DNA from: Thermomicrobiales bacterium
GTDB taxonomy: Bacteria > Chloroflexota > Chloroflexia > Thermomicrobiales > JALYUS01
Direction: 5' to 3'
DNA: 36,350 bases
Assembly (NCBI GenBank): GCA_050999735.1
Contig: JBPCPB010000296.1
Location: forward strand, 1-36,350
A program made the position numbers and the translations under genes. Below the pieces are notes generated by a model. The model saw only the letters and a program-made list of their open reading frames with translations. It was not told the DNA's origin and did not search any database. Below, piece by piece: positions 18,405 through 26,761 of the stretch. The stretch's first letter is position 1, and each line of letters begins with the position of its first letter.

Positions 18405-19619
18405 TCATGGGACACTCGGTAGACAGGCGTCGGGCAGTCGGTGGAACTCATCGAGATAGGTCAACGCCTGGCTGAGGATACTCGCGTTCCCCCATTGCGC
18501 GACATGCGTCTCCCAGCCGTCCGGCAGCAGCCCCAAGCGGGGCAGCCCCAGGAGTGTCAGCCACCTGAGGGCGAGCGTCAGTGCCGCCAGCAGCCGCGTC
18601 AGCCGCAGCGGGCAACGCATCTGTGCCGCGTCCATGCCGAAGCCGCTCTTGCTGTCCTTGAAGCGCTGCTCGATCCAGCCACGCCGCCAATACCACCGTG
18701 CCCAGAGGGCACCCGCCGCCCGCCCCGCATCCTTCAGGCTGGTGGCGATGCCGCCCAGAGGGCACCCGCACGGCTGCCTGGGCTGCTTCCGGCGCGGGTC
18801 GGCAGGCCGCTTGGCGACCCGCCAGCAGCAGGCGATGTTTACCCAGAGATCGCGCGGCCTGCCGTGCTAGAGGCCGTAGCGCACCTGCGGCAGCCAGCGT
18901 ATCTGCCCTGGCCGCATCCCCACGTCACCCAGTTTCGTGCGCACGTCGCGCGCGTCGGTCAGGCAGGTGCCCTTGTTCACGCGCACGACGTCGTCCACCG
19001 CGTGCTCTTGGAGGAAGGTGAGGAACGGCGCGCGGGCGACGCCGCGATCAGCGAGCACGACGGAGCGCACCCCGGATGGCAACACAGCGATCACCGCCGC
19101 CAGGGCTGCCTCTTCCCGCTGATTCTGGCTGCGATCGGCAGGAAGGTGGTCGCGGTCGTAGGCGAGGTGGACGAGGGGCAGGGCACACCTGTGCAGGGGC
19201 ACGGCGATGCGCGCGGGTGCCCTCTGGGCGGCATGATAGCGCATCTGCTGGCCGGTGGGGAGGGTGATCTCCCACAGCGTCCAGTCGATGGCAAGACCGA
19301 GCCACCGCAGGGGAGCGCGGGCGGCGAGGGTGTGCGTGAGCATCGCCGTCTGCACGGCGAGGGGATCGAAGCGGGGGCTGTCGAGGAAGCGCCAGAGCGG
19401 GTGCCCTCTGGGCAGTATGAGGCGGTGGAGCAAGTCGTGTTTGGGGCAGGTGACGCGCCGTTCGGCGGGTGTGGGGAAGGCGCGGGCGAGCGCGGAGAGG
19501 CAACCGGTGCGTTTGGCGAGGAGGGCGCTGACGAGCAGGGCGCGATTGGTGGCCTGGGTGGGCACGAGCGTGGGCAGAGCGGTCTTGATGGCGGTGAGGA
19601 GACGGGGATACCATGGCAT
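18405..19619 (-). pseudogene. DDE transposase (IS4/IS701-like) with one in-frame TAG at 18867-18869
   Basis: ORFs 18867..19619 and 18405..18635 are in the same frame. That frame is continuous across 18636-18866 except for the single TAG. The DDE-like landmarks are LAIDWT, VVLADRGVA and YWRRGWIEQRFKDSKSGFG (the Y..RW.IE..F...K motif). Confidence 0.8.
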
Positions 19620-19695
19620 GGCAAAGCCTCCTTGGCGAGGGAACGGTCCGCCAACCAGACCCTACGCCCGGAGGCTTTGCGCTTCAACCCGTTGG

Positions 19696-19709
19696 TGGGT
19701 ATGCGTCAG
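19696..19709. repeat. IS terminal inverted repeat (right)
   Basis: TGGGTATGCGTCAG, the reverse complement of 18389-18402. Confidence 0.85.
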
Positions 19710-19719
19710 ACAGCCGAGT
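19710..19719. repeat. Target-site duplication, right copy (ACAGCCGAGT)
   Basis: Identical to 18379-18388. Confidence 0.85.
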
Positions 19720-19783
19720 GGACTTTAATGAAGTGGGTGTTCGCCAGGCATTTCATCATGCGCGGCCCTGCGAGCGCACCCAA

Positions 19784-20491
19784 TCACGGATGCATTGCTG
19801 GTGCCGCGGTGGTTTGGTCGATTCGCTGCGCCCACACGCGCCGCACCCGCAGGTCGGGGCTATCCGCCGTCCCGGTGAAATAGATATGATCCCCGACCGC
19901 CAGATGGCGCGCGGCGCCCGTTTCGGACGTGCCGTCGTGGTAGTGGATCATCGTCTCCGGGACGATCACGAGCTCCCGCTCGACATCGCCATCCCGTCCG
20001 GTATTCGGGGCAATTGTGACCGTTGTGCGCCCTATCACCGTGATCGTTCCGTACTACGTGAGCATGTTCGCGTTCACCCACCGCGCCACACGATCCCCTC
20101 GCATGTCACGGGAGAACCCTGCTGCCACGCGATCCCCGGTCTGCAGATCGGTCCACCGCGCCGCGCAACTGCCCCGACAGATCTGCGTATTCGGCGCCAG
20201 GACGAGGCGCAGGTCGTCCGGCCCCGAGGCGGTGAGCTGCATGGTCGTCGCGGACACGGTCACGAGCGTGCCGGTGGCAAAGCCCGCTGTGGCTGCCGTA
20301 GTACCGGCAGGGGTTGCATTGGTGCCCGATGACGCACCCGTTTGGGCACGGCCGACGAGGAACAACGCGATAAGCGGCAATTGCCAACGGCGCAGCCAGT
20401 CCCCCTTGTGGCGGGCAGCGAGGATCAGGCTGAGTATGCCAACGACGAGGACGCGGGCGCCTCGACGGGTATGTCGTCCATGCCACATCAT
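19784..20491 (-). pseudogene. Secreted protein with two tandem beta-rich (DUF5666-like) repeats, interrupted by an in-frame TAG at 20054-20056
   Basis: ORFs 20054..20491 and 19784..20038 share one frame and are separated only by TAG plus 5 sense codons (...ANMLT*YGTITVIGRTTV...). The N-terminus has an anchor (RVLVVGILSLILAA). Both halves share the pattern G.(V/I)T(V/I)....(L/V)....D..V.V.P.T.I...........L..GD.(V/I). They could alternatively be two separate genes. Confidence 0.55.
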
Positions 20492-20573
20492 TGCCGTTCC
20501 CCGCTCCTTCAGTCTTCCTCGGAATACGACGCGCCATCACGCCGGCGCGCTCGCATCCGCGTGTGCGTGCATG

Positions 20574-21755
20574 CTACGGCGCCGGGGTCGCCGTTGGGCC
20601 GGGCGGCGCGATAGGGAGCACGACCGGAGTGGGCGTATACGGTCCCATCGATGGCGCGACGGTCGGCGCATAGTCTTGCGGCGGGATCGTGGACACGGGT
20701 CCGACCGAGGGGAAGGGCAGGGGCGTCGGCGGTGGCCCACTCACCGCCGCGGGTGCCGACCGCGTGGCGATCGGCGGTGCGGGGGTCGCCGTCGGCACGG
20801 GGCCGGGGAGGGTCGGCCCCGGCTGAGTCGCCAGCCCTTCCGCCTGCACGCGCAGTTCCCTCCGATTCTGCCCCGGCGCTTCGAGAACCGTGAGCAGCCC
20901 CTGGTAGCCGTCCCCGCCCGGCAGCGTCCACGCGCTCCACGCGTACGGCCCGTCCCCGCCCCCCGCGACGCGCGTCCAGCCTGCCGCCTGCACCTGCTGC
21001 GCGTAGAATGCTTCGAGATCTGCCGCGCGCTTGTCGGTCAGGGCGGTCGCCTCCGAGGTAAAGCGATTATTCCCGCTTCCACTCCCATTCGGCTGCACCT
21101 GCACACCCGCCGGTGGGGCGAGGGCGGGCAGCCGTCCCGATTCCGGCAGTGGTGGCGGGCCGGGTGCGGTCGGGATGAAGCACGGCCCCGGCCCCGTGGC
21201 ATCAATATGCACCCGCACATCGGCCTGCCCGCTCGCTTCGGGAGCGGCTGTCACGGTCAGGAACGGGGCAGCGCCGATCTTCTGGCAGAAGGTGGCGGCG
21301 GTATCGTTCGGTGCGGCGGCTTGGAAGCCGCCCCCGAAGGGGCCGACTGGCGGCTTCGTCCAGCCGAGGGCGGCGAGTTGCTGCCCGTAGACTTGCAGGA
21401 TGTCCGCGGGCGTACCGGGCGCGTCGAGAATCACGTCCCAGAGCACGGCATCTTGCCCACGCCGGCGCACGACGCTGCCAACGACGCGGCTGTTCGGCGG
21501 CTGCGGCAAGGCGAGGGGCAGGTCGCTCGGCATCTGACCGGGGAGCAGATCGGCGGCCTGCTGCTGACTCGTGGAGCCACTACCGGGCACGGTGAGGAAG
21601 CGCCCGACGAGTGCGCGCAACGCGGCGGCATCGTCCGCCGGATCAGCATGGGCGATGGCAGGCCCACTCCGGCCCGATGTTGCCACCACCACGAGACCGA
21701 GCGCGATGCCCACGAGGACGATGCTGCCGACGTTCATTCGTTTCCCGTAACGCAC
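20574..21755 (-). CDS. Secreted hypothetical protein with two internal repeats and a Pro/Thr-rich C-terminal tail
   Basis: GTG 21755 (AGAGGGAA upstream) or ATG 21737. It has a signal/anchor (VGSIVLVGIALGLVVVA). Two modules end in ...Y.QQ..AAGWT. The C-terminus is Pro-rich. Confidence 0.75.
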   Translation of the reverse strand: MRYGKRMNVGSIVLVGIALGLVVVATSGRSGPAIAHADPADDAAALRALVGRFLTVPGSGSTSQQQAADLLPGQMPSDLPLALPQPPNSRVVGSVVRRRGQDAVLWDVILDAPGTPADILQVYGQQLAALGWTKPPVGPFGGGFQAAAPNDTAATFCQKIGAAPFLTVTAAPEASGQADVRVHIDATGPGPCFIPTAPGPPPLPESGRLPALAPPAGVQVQPNGSGSGNNRFTSEATALTDKRAADLEAFYAQQVQAAGWTRVAGGGDGPYAWSAWTLPGGDGYQGLLTVLEAPGQNRRELRVQAEGLATQPGPTLPGPVPTATPAPPIATRSAPAAVSGPPPTPLPFPSVGPVSTIPPQDYAPTVAPSMGPYTPTPVVLPIAPPGPTATPAP

Positions 21756-21857
21756 GACATTCCCTCTCTTCCCTTGCCCCGAGAGGGATCATCCTTCGGG
21801 GTCACGACCTTTGCCATCGCGCGCTCCTGCATCAGGAGGATACTGCGGGAGGTCTCC

Positions 21858-22391
21858 TCATCCGAGGGGTAGTGCCTGATGGGGATCGTACCCGGTGCGC
21901 ATCATCACGCGACCCGTGTCCACAATGACGTTGCCACCCTCCATGCTGATCGGCATCCAGTCGAGCGGGCGCGCGACGAAATCGGCGGGGCGATTCGTCG
22001 GCCCCCTGAGGACCGTTCCCATTTTCCCGTCATACAGCGCGCCACAACAGGGGCATCCCAGTTTCCCACCGAGCGCAGGGCTGGGTGACGGCACCGTGCA
22101 GCCCTCCACCGGGCACTTCCAGTAGACCGCGATCATTGTATCGGTCGTCGCCGGGAGCAGGTAGAACCGACCGTCGGTGTTGCGGACATACTGCTGCGTG
22201 GCGAGTGCCGCGCGGATCTCCGTGATGCTGCCCGCGTTGACCTTCGTGCCGAACGCCCCGATGCGTCTGGCGGCGGGGGTCGTGGTCGCGCGCGTGATAT
22301 CACATCCAGCGAGGGGCGCGGTCACGGCCGTGCCTGTCGCCCAGCCGAGCAGGGTTCGTCGCGTGGAGCGGCGTGGCGTCATTGACTGCAT
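21858..22391 (-). CDS. Tat-signal lipoprotein with a Rieske-type fold but degenerate cluster-binding boxes
   Basis: Twin-arginine STRRTLL plus lipobox LAGC. Box I reads CPVEGC (canonical CxHxGC) and box II reads CPCCG (canonical CPCHG). Downstream is GTVLRGP, as in Rieske proteins. AAGGAG lies 7 nt before ATG 22391. Confidence 0.75.
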   Translation of the reverse strand: MQSMTPRRSTRRTLLGWATGTAVTAPLAGCDITRATTTPAARRIGAFGTKVNAGSITEIRAALATQQYVRNTDGRFYLLPATTDTMIAVYWKCPVEGCTVPSPSPALGGKLGCPCCGALYDGKMGTVLRGPTNRPADFVARPLDWMPISMEGGNVIVDTGRVMMRTGYDPHQALPLG

Positions 22392-22412
22392 CGCTGCGCT
22401 CCTTCGCTCAGT

Positions 22413-24545
22413 TCACTGGACCGACGCCACGATCCGCCGCAACTGATCGGGCGTGTAGCGCGCCGGGTTCGTCAACGTCAGCGCGACATCGCCCTGTGCC
22501 CACGAAAGCGAGACCCATTCCTCGCCCCTGCGCACGATAGTCACGTCATGCCCGCCAATCATCTCATGCGCCGCCTGCGGGTCGGGGGTCGCCACAGCGG
22601 GGGTTGCGGCCTTCGGCGTCTCCCGCAGCGTCATCAGCGCCTGGCTCGGCGGCGTGTCGGGATGCGGGTCGAAGCCGAGGATCACCCCTGTGCCGGTTCC
22701 CGGCTGGGAACCGGGGATCGGTTGCTCGCGCATGGTCAGCGGTTCCGGTAGCCACGCTGGGCGCAGGATAGTGAACGGCGGGGCGGGGATCGCCGTCGGC
22801 GTCGGGCGAGTAGTTGGCCGCTGCGTCGCGCCGAGGTCCGCCGTCTTCGACAGCGACGCGGCAATCGTCACGAGGTCCTCCTTCGTCTCATTGGAGCCGG
22901 AGAGGGCAAGATAGGTCCCTTCCTGCTGCCACCAGAGGATTGGTCCGCCCGTTTCCGGCGTCCCGGCGAGGAAATGCGCGGCGACGCCGTTCGGCAGCGT
23001 CAGCGGCGTGCCGTCATGCTTCGGGGACAGGCCATCCAGGCAGCACCCCGCCGGGCCATTCAGGATGGAGAGCGCCTTCGTCCCGCCCGCTGTGTGATAG
23101 TCGATGCGCACCATCGCCTGCGGCTGATCCCCGCCGACAGGCGGCTCCGGGATCAGCCCCGCCGGGACGGCGCTCGGCACGAAAACCGGGAATGGCATCT
23201 GCTGGCGGATCTGCGCAAGCGTGAGCGGGGCCGGGGTAGGCAGTGGCGCGTGGCCGCCGGGCACGGGCGCGAGCGAGAGGGCGATGCGGAGCAGATCGTC
23301 TTTTCCGAGCACGAAGCTGCCGAGGCCGATCCGCACGCCATCGCGCACGAACGTCAGATTGGCGCTCCCACCGGTACCGTCGGCATTCCGGACACCGGGG
23401 CTGTACCAGCCCGCGATCGCACCGACCTGGACCGCCTCCGATTGATTGGGGATATCGGTCACGTCGCTCGCGCTCGCTTTGCGCTCGGCGATTTCGACGC
23501 CATATTGGCTGGCGGGGGAGTTCGTCCCGGCCTCGGTGGGCGAGACATAGGCGAGGAGAAGGCCCGGGACGGGCGGATCGAGGTGCGGCTGGCGCGGGAC
23601 GAGATCTGCGGGGACATCCTGTGGCACGAAGAGCGGATAGTCGGCCTGTTTCGCCAGCGCGTCGAGTTGCTGCCGGTATTGCTCCGCCGTCGGGGCGGGC
23701 TGGGGGCGGAAGTCGTGGATGGCCGCGCCGGGCGGCGGCGTGTAGGTGAAGCGGGCGGGATCAATCGGCGCGTTGTACTGCACGCTCGTCACTTCCCGCG
23801 TCGCGATGACCTGGTTGTCGTGCGTTGCATACGTCACATCCTTGAGCGTGAAGAAGGTTTCCCGGTCTACCCAGAGCCGCCGCTTCCCGTTGTACTGTGC
23901 GCCGTCGGCGGACGGGCATTTCGTCGGGCCGAGATCGATCACATATGCGGCCCGGCCCGCGACGCGCTCATCGCCCTGCACCGTCAGGGTGTAGCAGCTT
24001 CGGGTGGCGGCGAGCAAACTGTCGAGATTGGTGGCAGACTGCCCGTACTGATTCCGGTAGCGCAGGTCGGTCATGCCGTCCTGGCGCGCGTTGGCGAGGT
24101 TGATCTGGACATCATTCCCTTGCGCGCGCCACATCGTCGCGCCGTCGCTCATGAGCGTCCAGGCGGTGTGACTGGCCTGGCCGCCTGCGGGAGTGCGTGG
24201 CGTGTAGGTGTCCGTTGCCTCGGTGCGCCAGCGATCCGGCGCCTGATACCAGCGTTGCGTTTCGTCGCGCGTCTCGCCGACCGCTGCGCCAGCGGCGTCG
24301 AGGCGCTGTGATACCGTCGTTTCGGTGAGCACGACGGTCAGCACGGTCCCCGCTGTAGACGACGGAGGGGCGGGCGTCGCCTCCCGTGTCGGAACGGATA
24401 CCGGTGATGTGGGCTGCGATGCCACGATGGGCGCTGTCGCGGGCACGGCGACCTCAGGGCGATCGCGACAGGCGGTGAGCATGACCAACGCCAGCACGGC
24501 GACCAGTACACCCGCGCGTCTGCTTCGCTGCCACCGCCGCCCCAT
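22413..24545 (-). CDS. Large exported protein: LolA/RseB-like domain followed by three DUF4367-like repeats
   Basis: ATG 24545 (GGTGGAGGAA upstream). It has a signal/lipobox-like VLALVMLTAC. The N-terminal half carries the LolA/RseB-type pattern (...GRAAYVIDLGP...RLWVDRETFFTLK...ARFTYTPPPGA). Three C-terminal units end in ...DDLLRIALSL, ...EDLVTIAASL and ...DQLRRIVASV. Confidence 0.75.
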   Translation of the reverse strand: MGRRWQRSRRAGVLVAVLALVMLTACRDRPEVAVPATAPIVASQPTSPVSVPTREATPAPPSSTAGTVLTVVLTETTVSQRLDAAGAAVGETRDETQRWYQAPDRWRTEATDTYTPRTPAGGQASHTAWTLMSDGATMWRAQGNDVQINLANARQDGMTDLRYRNQYGQSATNLDSLLAATRSCYTLTVQGDERVAGRAAYVIDLGPTKCPSADGAQYNGKRRLWVDRETFFTLKDVTYATHDNQVIATREVTSVQYNAPIDPARFTYTPPPGAAIHDFRPQPAPTAEQYRQQLDALAKQADYPLFVPQDVPADLVPRQPHLDPPVPGLLLAYVSPTEAGTNSPASQYGVEIAERKASASDVTDIPNQSEAVQVGAIAGWYSPGVRNADGTGGSANLTFVRDGVRIGLGSFVLGKDDLLRIALSLAPVPGGHAPLPTPAPLTLAQIRQQMPFPVFVPSAVPAGLIPEPPVGGDQPQAMVRIDYHTAGGTKALSILNGPAGCCLDGLSPKHDGTPLTLPNGVAAHFLAGTPETGGPILWWQQEGTYLALSGSNETKEDLVTIAASLSKTADLGATQRPTTRPTPTAIPAPPFTILRPAWLPEPLTMREQPIPGSQPGTGTGVILGFDPHPDTPPSQALMTLRETPKAATPAVATPDPQAAHEMIGGHDVTIVRRGEEWVSLSWAQGDVALTLTNPARYTPDQLRRIVASVQ

Positions 24546-24593
24546 CACATTCCTCCACCCATCGGCTGCGCTTCCCTGGAACGCCACACGCTT

Positions 24594-25904
24594 CTACCTC
24601 CCCGCATCCGGGGTCTGGATCAACCGGCCGCCCCGGTAGCTGGGAAACTCCCGCGCCGCCTGGATCGCGAGCGTCCGGGCATCGAGTCGCTGGAGGAGGG
24701 AAGGGACGTCGGGGAGCAGGATGTGGCTGTCGCCCTCGCCCTCTTTCGGCCCGAAGACGAAGATGTTCTGCCCATCGGGCGCGGGAAGCACCCAGTTGAT
24801 CGTTCGCTCAGGCAAGGCATTGGCCGTGATCGTGTTCCGCGTGAGGTCCAGCCGCGTCAGGCCGAGGCTATGGAAGGTCTGCGCATCGTGGTCATCGAGC
24901 AGGGTCTGGAAGCCGGAGAGATACAGGGAGCGTCCATCCGGCGCGTAGATGGCATCGCGACTCGTTCCGACGCCGGGGGGACCCTTCGCGGCGACGTGCT
25001 GCGGGATGAGACCCAGGACGTGCAGCAGGCCGGAGCCACCCGTGAGACTGATGGTACGCGCGATGGTGAGCCGCTGCGTGTCAATGAGCGTCACCCGGTC
25101 CGCATCGGCATGGGCGATAGCGATCTGCCGACCGTCGGGGGAGAGCGCGATCCCCGGCGAAAGTGCTGCCCGCACCGCTTCGCCCTGCATCATGCGGCCC
25201 GTTGGCCAGCTCCCTGTTGTCACCTCCGGGAGCGCGAGCCGCCCGCGTTCAGCGCCCGTATGCAGGTCGTAGGCGATGAGCGAGATGGGCCGGGGCCCCG
25301 GCGCGGTGGCGGCAGGCGCTGCGGTAATGAACCGATAGAGGGCCTGCGCATCCGCATCAATGAGGGTTGGCAGGTAATCGTTCGACGGCGCGGCGTTTAC
25401 CGTAGTGAGGACGTGGCCATCCGCCGTGTCCAGCACGTCCCACTCGTCCGGCGATGGATTGCCGGACGGATATGGCTGGACGACGAGCCGGGCGCCGTCG
25501 CGGCTGAGGCGCGTGCCGAGCACCGGGGCGGGAGGATGGAAACTTACCCGCGCCGCACCCGTCCGGTTATCGCGGACCGTCACCGTTGTGTCGCTGGGCG
25601 TCGAGTACGGCCCATCCGTCCGGGCGTAGTCGAACGTCGCCAACTGCGCGCCGTCCGGCGAGACGGTCATGAAGCGGGTGGCGAGGCTCAGGGGAGGACG
25701 ATCCTGCCGATCACCGAGCGTCTGGGTGTCGAGCGGCACGAGCGTCATGCCGGGCGGTAACTGGTTAGGGGGATGCACCTCGAAGAGATAGAGATCGGTC
25801 GGCGGGCCGACGCGCTGCTGCGCGGTCGTCCGTGACGCACCGCAACCACTGACGAGGAGTGGGATCAGGCCCAGCATGCAACCGATAGTGAAGAATCTCC
25901 GCAT
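24594..25904 (-). CDS. Beta-propeller-repeat lipoprotein (repeated S/A-P-D-G motifs)
   Basis: Lipoprotein signal MRRFFTIGCMLGLIPLLVSGC-G. It has recurrent SPDGAQL, SRDGARL, SPDGRQI, APDGRSL and APDGQNI blades. GGGAGGG lies 5 nt before the ATG. Confidence 0.75.
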   Translation of the reverse strand: MRRFFTIGCMLGLIPLLVSGCGASRTTAQQRVGPPTDLYLFEVHPPNQLPPGMTLVPLDTQTLGDRQDRPPLSLATRFMTVSPDGAQLATFDYARTDGPYSTPSDTTVTVRDNRTGAARVSFHPPAPVLGTRLSRDGARLVVQPYPSGNPSPDEWDVLDTADGHVLTTVNAAPSNDYLPTLIDADAQALYRFITAAPAATAPGPRPISLIAYDLHTGAERGRLALPEVTTGSWPTGRMMQGEAVRAALSPGIALSPDGRQIAIAHADADRVTLIDTQRLTIARTISLTGGSGLLHVLGLIPQHVAAKGPPGVGTSRDAIYAPDGRSLYLSGFQTLLDDHDAQTFHSLGLTRLDLTRNTITANALPERTINWVLPAPDGQNIFVFGPKEGEGDSHILLPDVPSLLQRLDARTLAIQAAREFPSYRGGRLIQTPDAGR

Positions 25905-25953
25905 CGTACCCTCCCGTCGTCTCCATCATCGCGCGTCCGCTTGCATTACTTCC

Positions 25954-25982
25954 ATTACAGCATATCCGCCGCATCGGTTCCC
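25954..25982 (-). promoter_or_regulatory. Candidate ECF-type promoter GGGAACCG-N15-TGTAAT upstream of the beta-propeller gene
   Basis: The minus strand reads GGGAAC(25982-25977)-17 nt-TGTAAT(25959-25954), about 50 nt before ATG 25904. The same architecture occurs at 33022-33050. Confidence 0.4.
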
Positions 25983-26001
25983 GCTTTTGCCACGGTCGTC
26001 G

Positions 26002-26517
26002 CTACTCCGGTTGGTCGGCGCGACGTTCATCGTTCGGGGATGAAGGTGTGACGCGGATCGGGTTGCCGTCTGCATCGCCGACGTAGGGATGGCCGTCCTC
26101 GTTCAGGTACATGTAGCCGATGGGATTGCCGTCCGTATCCACGGTGCGGTTGCTCCCCGTGTTGTACGACTCGCTCCGCATTACTGTGTCGATCTCTCCC
26201 GTGACCTGATCGGTCACACCGAGTTGCCGCATTACCTGCGCGGGCCAGTCGTCACTGCTGATGATCGCAAGCAGGATGTGCTCCGGACCGACAACGCTCT
26301 GGCCACGCTGTTTGGCTTCCTGCCTGGCGCGTCGGAGCACTTCCCAACCCGCCGGGTTCATCTCCATGAGGTGCAGGAGATTCTTCTGCGCCTCGTGCTC
26401 GATCGCATGCTGACATGTCTCGGAGAGCGGGATGCCAAATCGCCGCGCCGCGTCGAGATGCGTGAGCGAGATGTCCACCGTTACCTTCGCCATCATACCC
26501 TCCATGTGCGAATCCAT
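26002..26517 (-). CDS. Ribbon-helix-helix (CcdA-like) N-terminus fused to a single Clp_N (Clp amino-terminal) repeat
   Basis: ATG 26517 has GAGGG 6 nt upstream; the ORF-track extension to 26892 is non-protein-like. KVTVDISLTHLDAARRFGIPLSETCQHAIEHE resembles CcdA/RHH antitoxin N-termini. GQSVVGPEHILLAIISSDDWPAQVMRQLGV is a Clp_N repeat. The tail has two D.DGNPI repeats. Confidence 0.7.
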   Translation of the reverse strand: MDSHMEGMMAKVTVDISLTHLDAARRFGIPLSETCQHAIEHEAQKNLLHLMEMNPAGWEVLRRARQEAKQRGQSVVGPEHILLAIISSDDWPAQVMRQLGVTDQVTGEIDTVMRSESYNTGSNRTVDTDGNPIGYMYLNEDGHPYVGDADGNPIRVTPSSPNDERRADQPE

Positions 26518-26531
26518 GACATGCCCTCGTG

Positions 26532-26635
26532 AAAGAAAAGCCCCCGTTGGTGGGAGAACCGCAGGGGGCGGGGAGTGGGGAAGTGGTGGTGGGGAACCAC
26601 CAATGCGAGAGCAGATACTACGGTATCCTGCTCTC
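26532..26635 (-). promoter_or_regulatory. Structured leader in the 244-nt gap before the RHH-Clp_N gene (three hairpins, one terminator-like)
   Basis: Hairpin 26607-26635: 12-bp stem, one bulge, 4-nt loop. Hairpin 26585-26601: GGTGGT/ACCACC. On the minus strand, CCCCC-N18-GGGGG followed by CTTTTCTTT (26568..26532) ends 14 nt before the SD. TTGGTGG (26603..26597) is complementary to CCACCAA in the terminator loop (26553..26547), which allows alternative pairing. Confidence 0.35.
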
Positions 26636-26761
26636 ATCCTCTTCAACGAATGAATACCGGCAAACCGGACAGGTCCGTGCAGGCGGATAGTCAGTCGCTT
26701 CGGGCGGAGGGGCCGGTCAATCCTCGAACTGGCTCGCGACCCGATCCGCCACTGGATTTTT

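Larger units (their letters stand above)
18389..19709 (-). mobile_element. Complete IS element (1321 bp), IS4/IS701-like, flanked by a 10-bp direct repeat
   Basis: Perfect 14-bp terminal inverted repeats: CTGACGCATACCCA at 18389-18402 and its reverse complement at 19696-19709. A single transposase frame fills the element, and a 10-bp TSD flanks it. Confidence 0.85.

Noticed and set aside
21777-21801. Hairpin CCCCGA...TCGGGG after the Rieske-like gene, and hairpin GGCCAC-N3-GTGGCC at 2933-2947 after the APH gene, as intrinsic terminators.
   Set aside because: Neither is followed by a U-tract on the transcribed strand, and the stems are short. They are kept only as notes.
20016-21872. Very long plus-strand ORF (618 aa). 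Similar long antisense ORFs occur at 18441..19883, 22974..24311, 24723..25760, 7082..8104, 10085..11203, 12385..13575, 17061..17948 and 30178..31101.
   Set aside because: Their products are Arg/Gly/Pro/Asp-rich, low-complexity sequences without motifs. They lie exactly antisense to genes with clear family signatures. These are typical shadow ORFs of high-GC DNA.
22413-22700. Diversity-generating retroelement idea (template/variable repeat), raised because the 3' end of the DUF4367 gene is duplicated at 32124..32455.
   Set aside because: Differences between the two copies are of all substitution types plus indels, not adenine-specific. No reverse transcriptase gene is present in the window.
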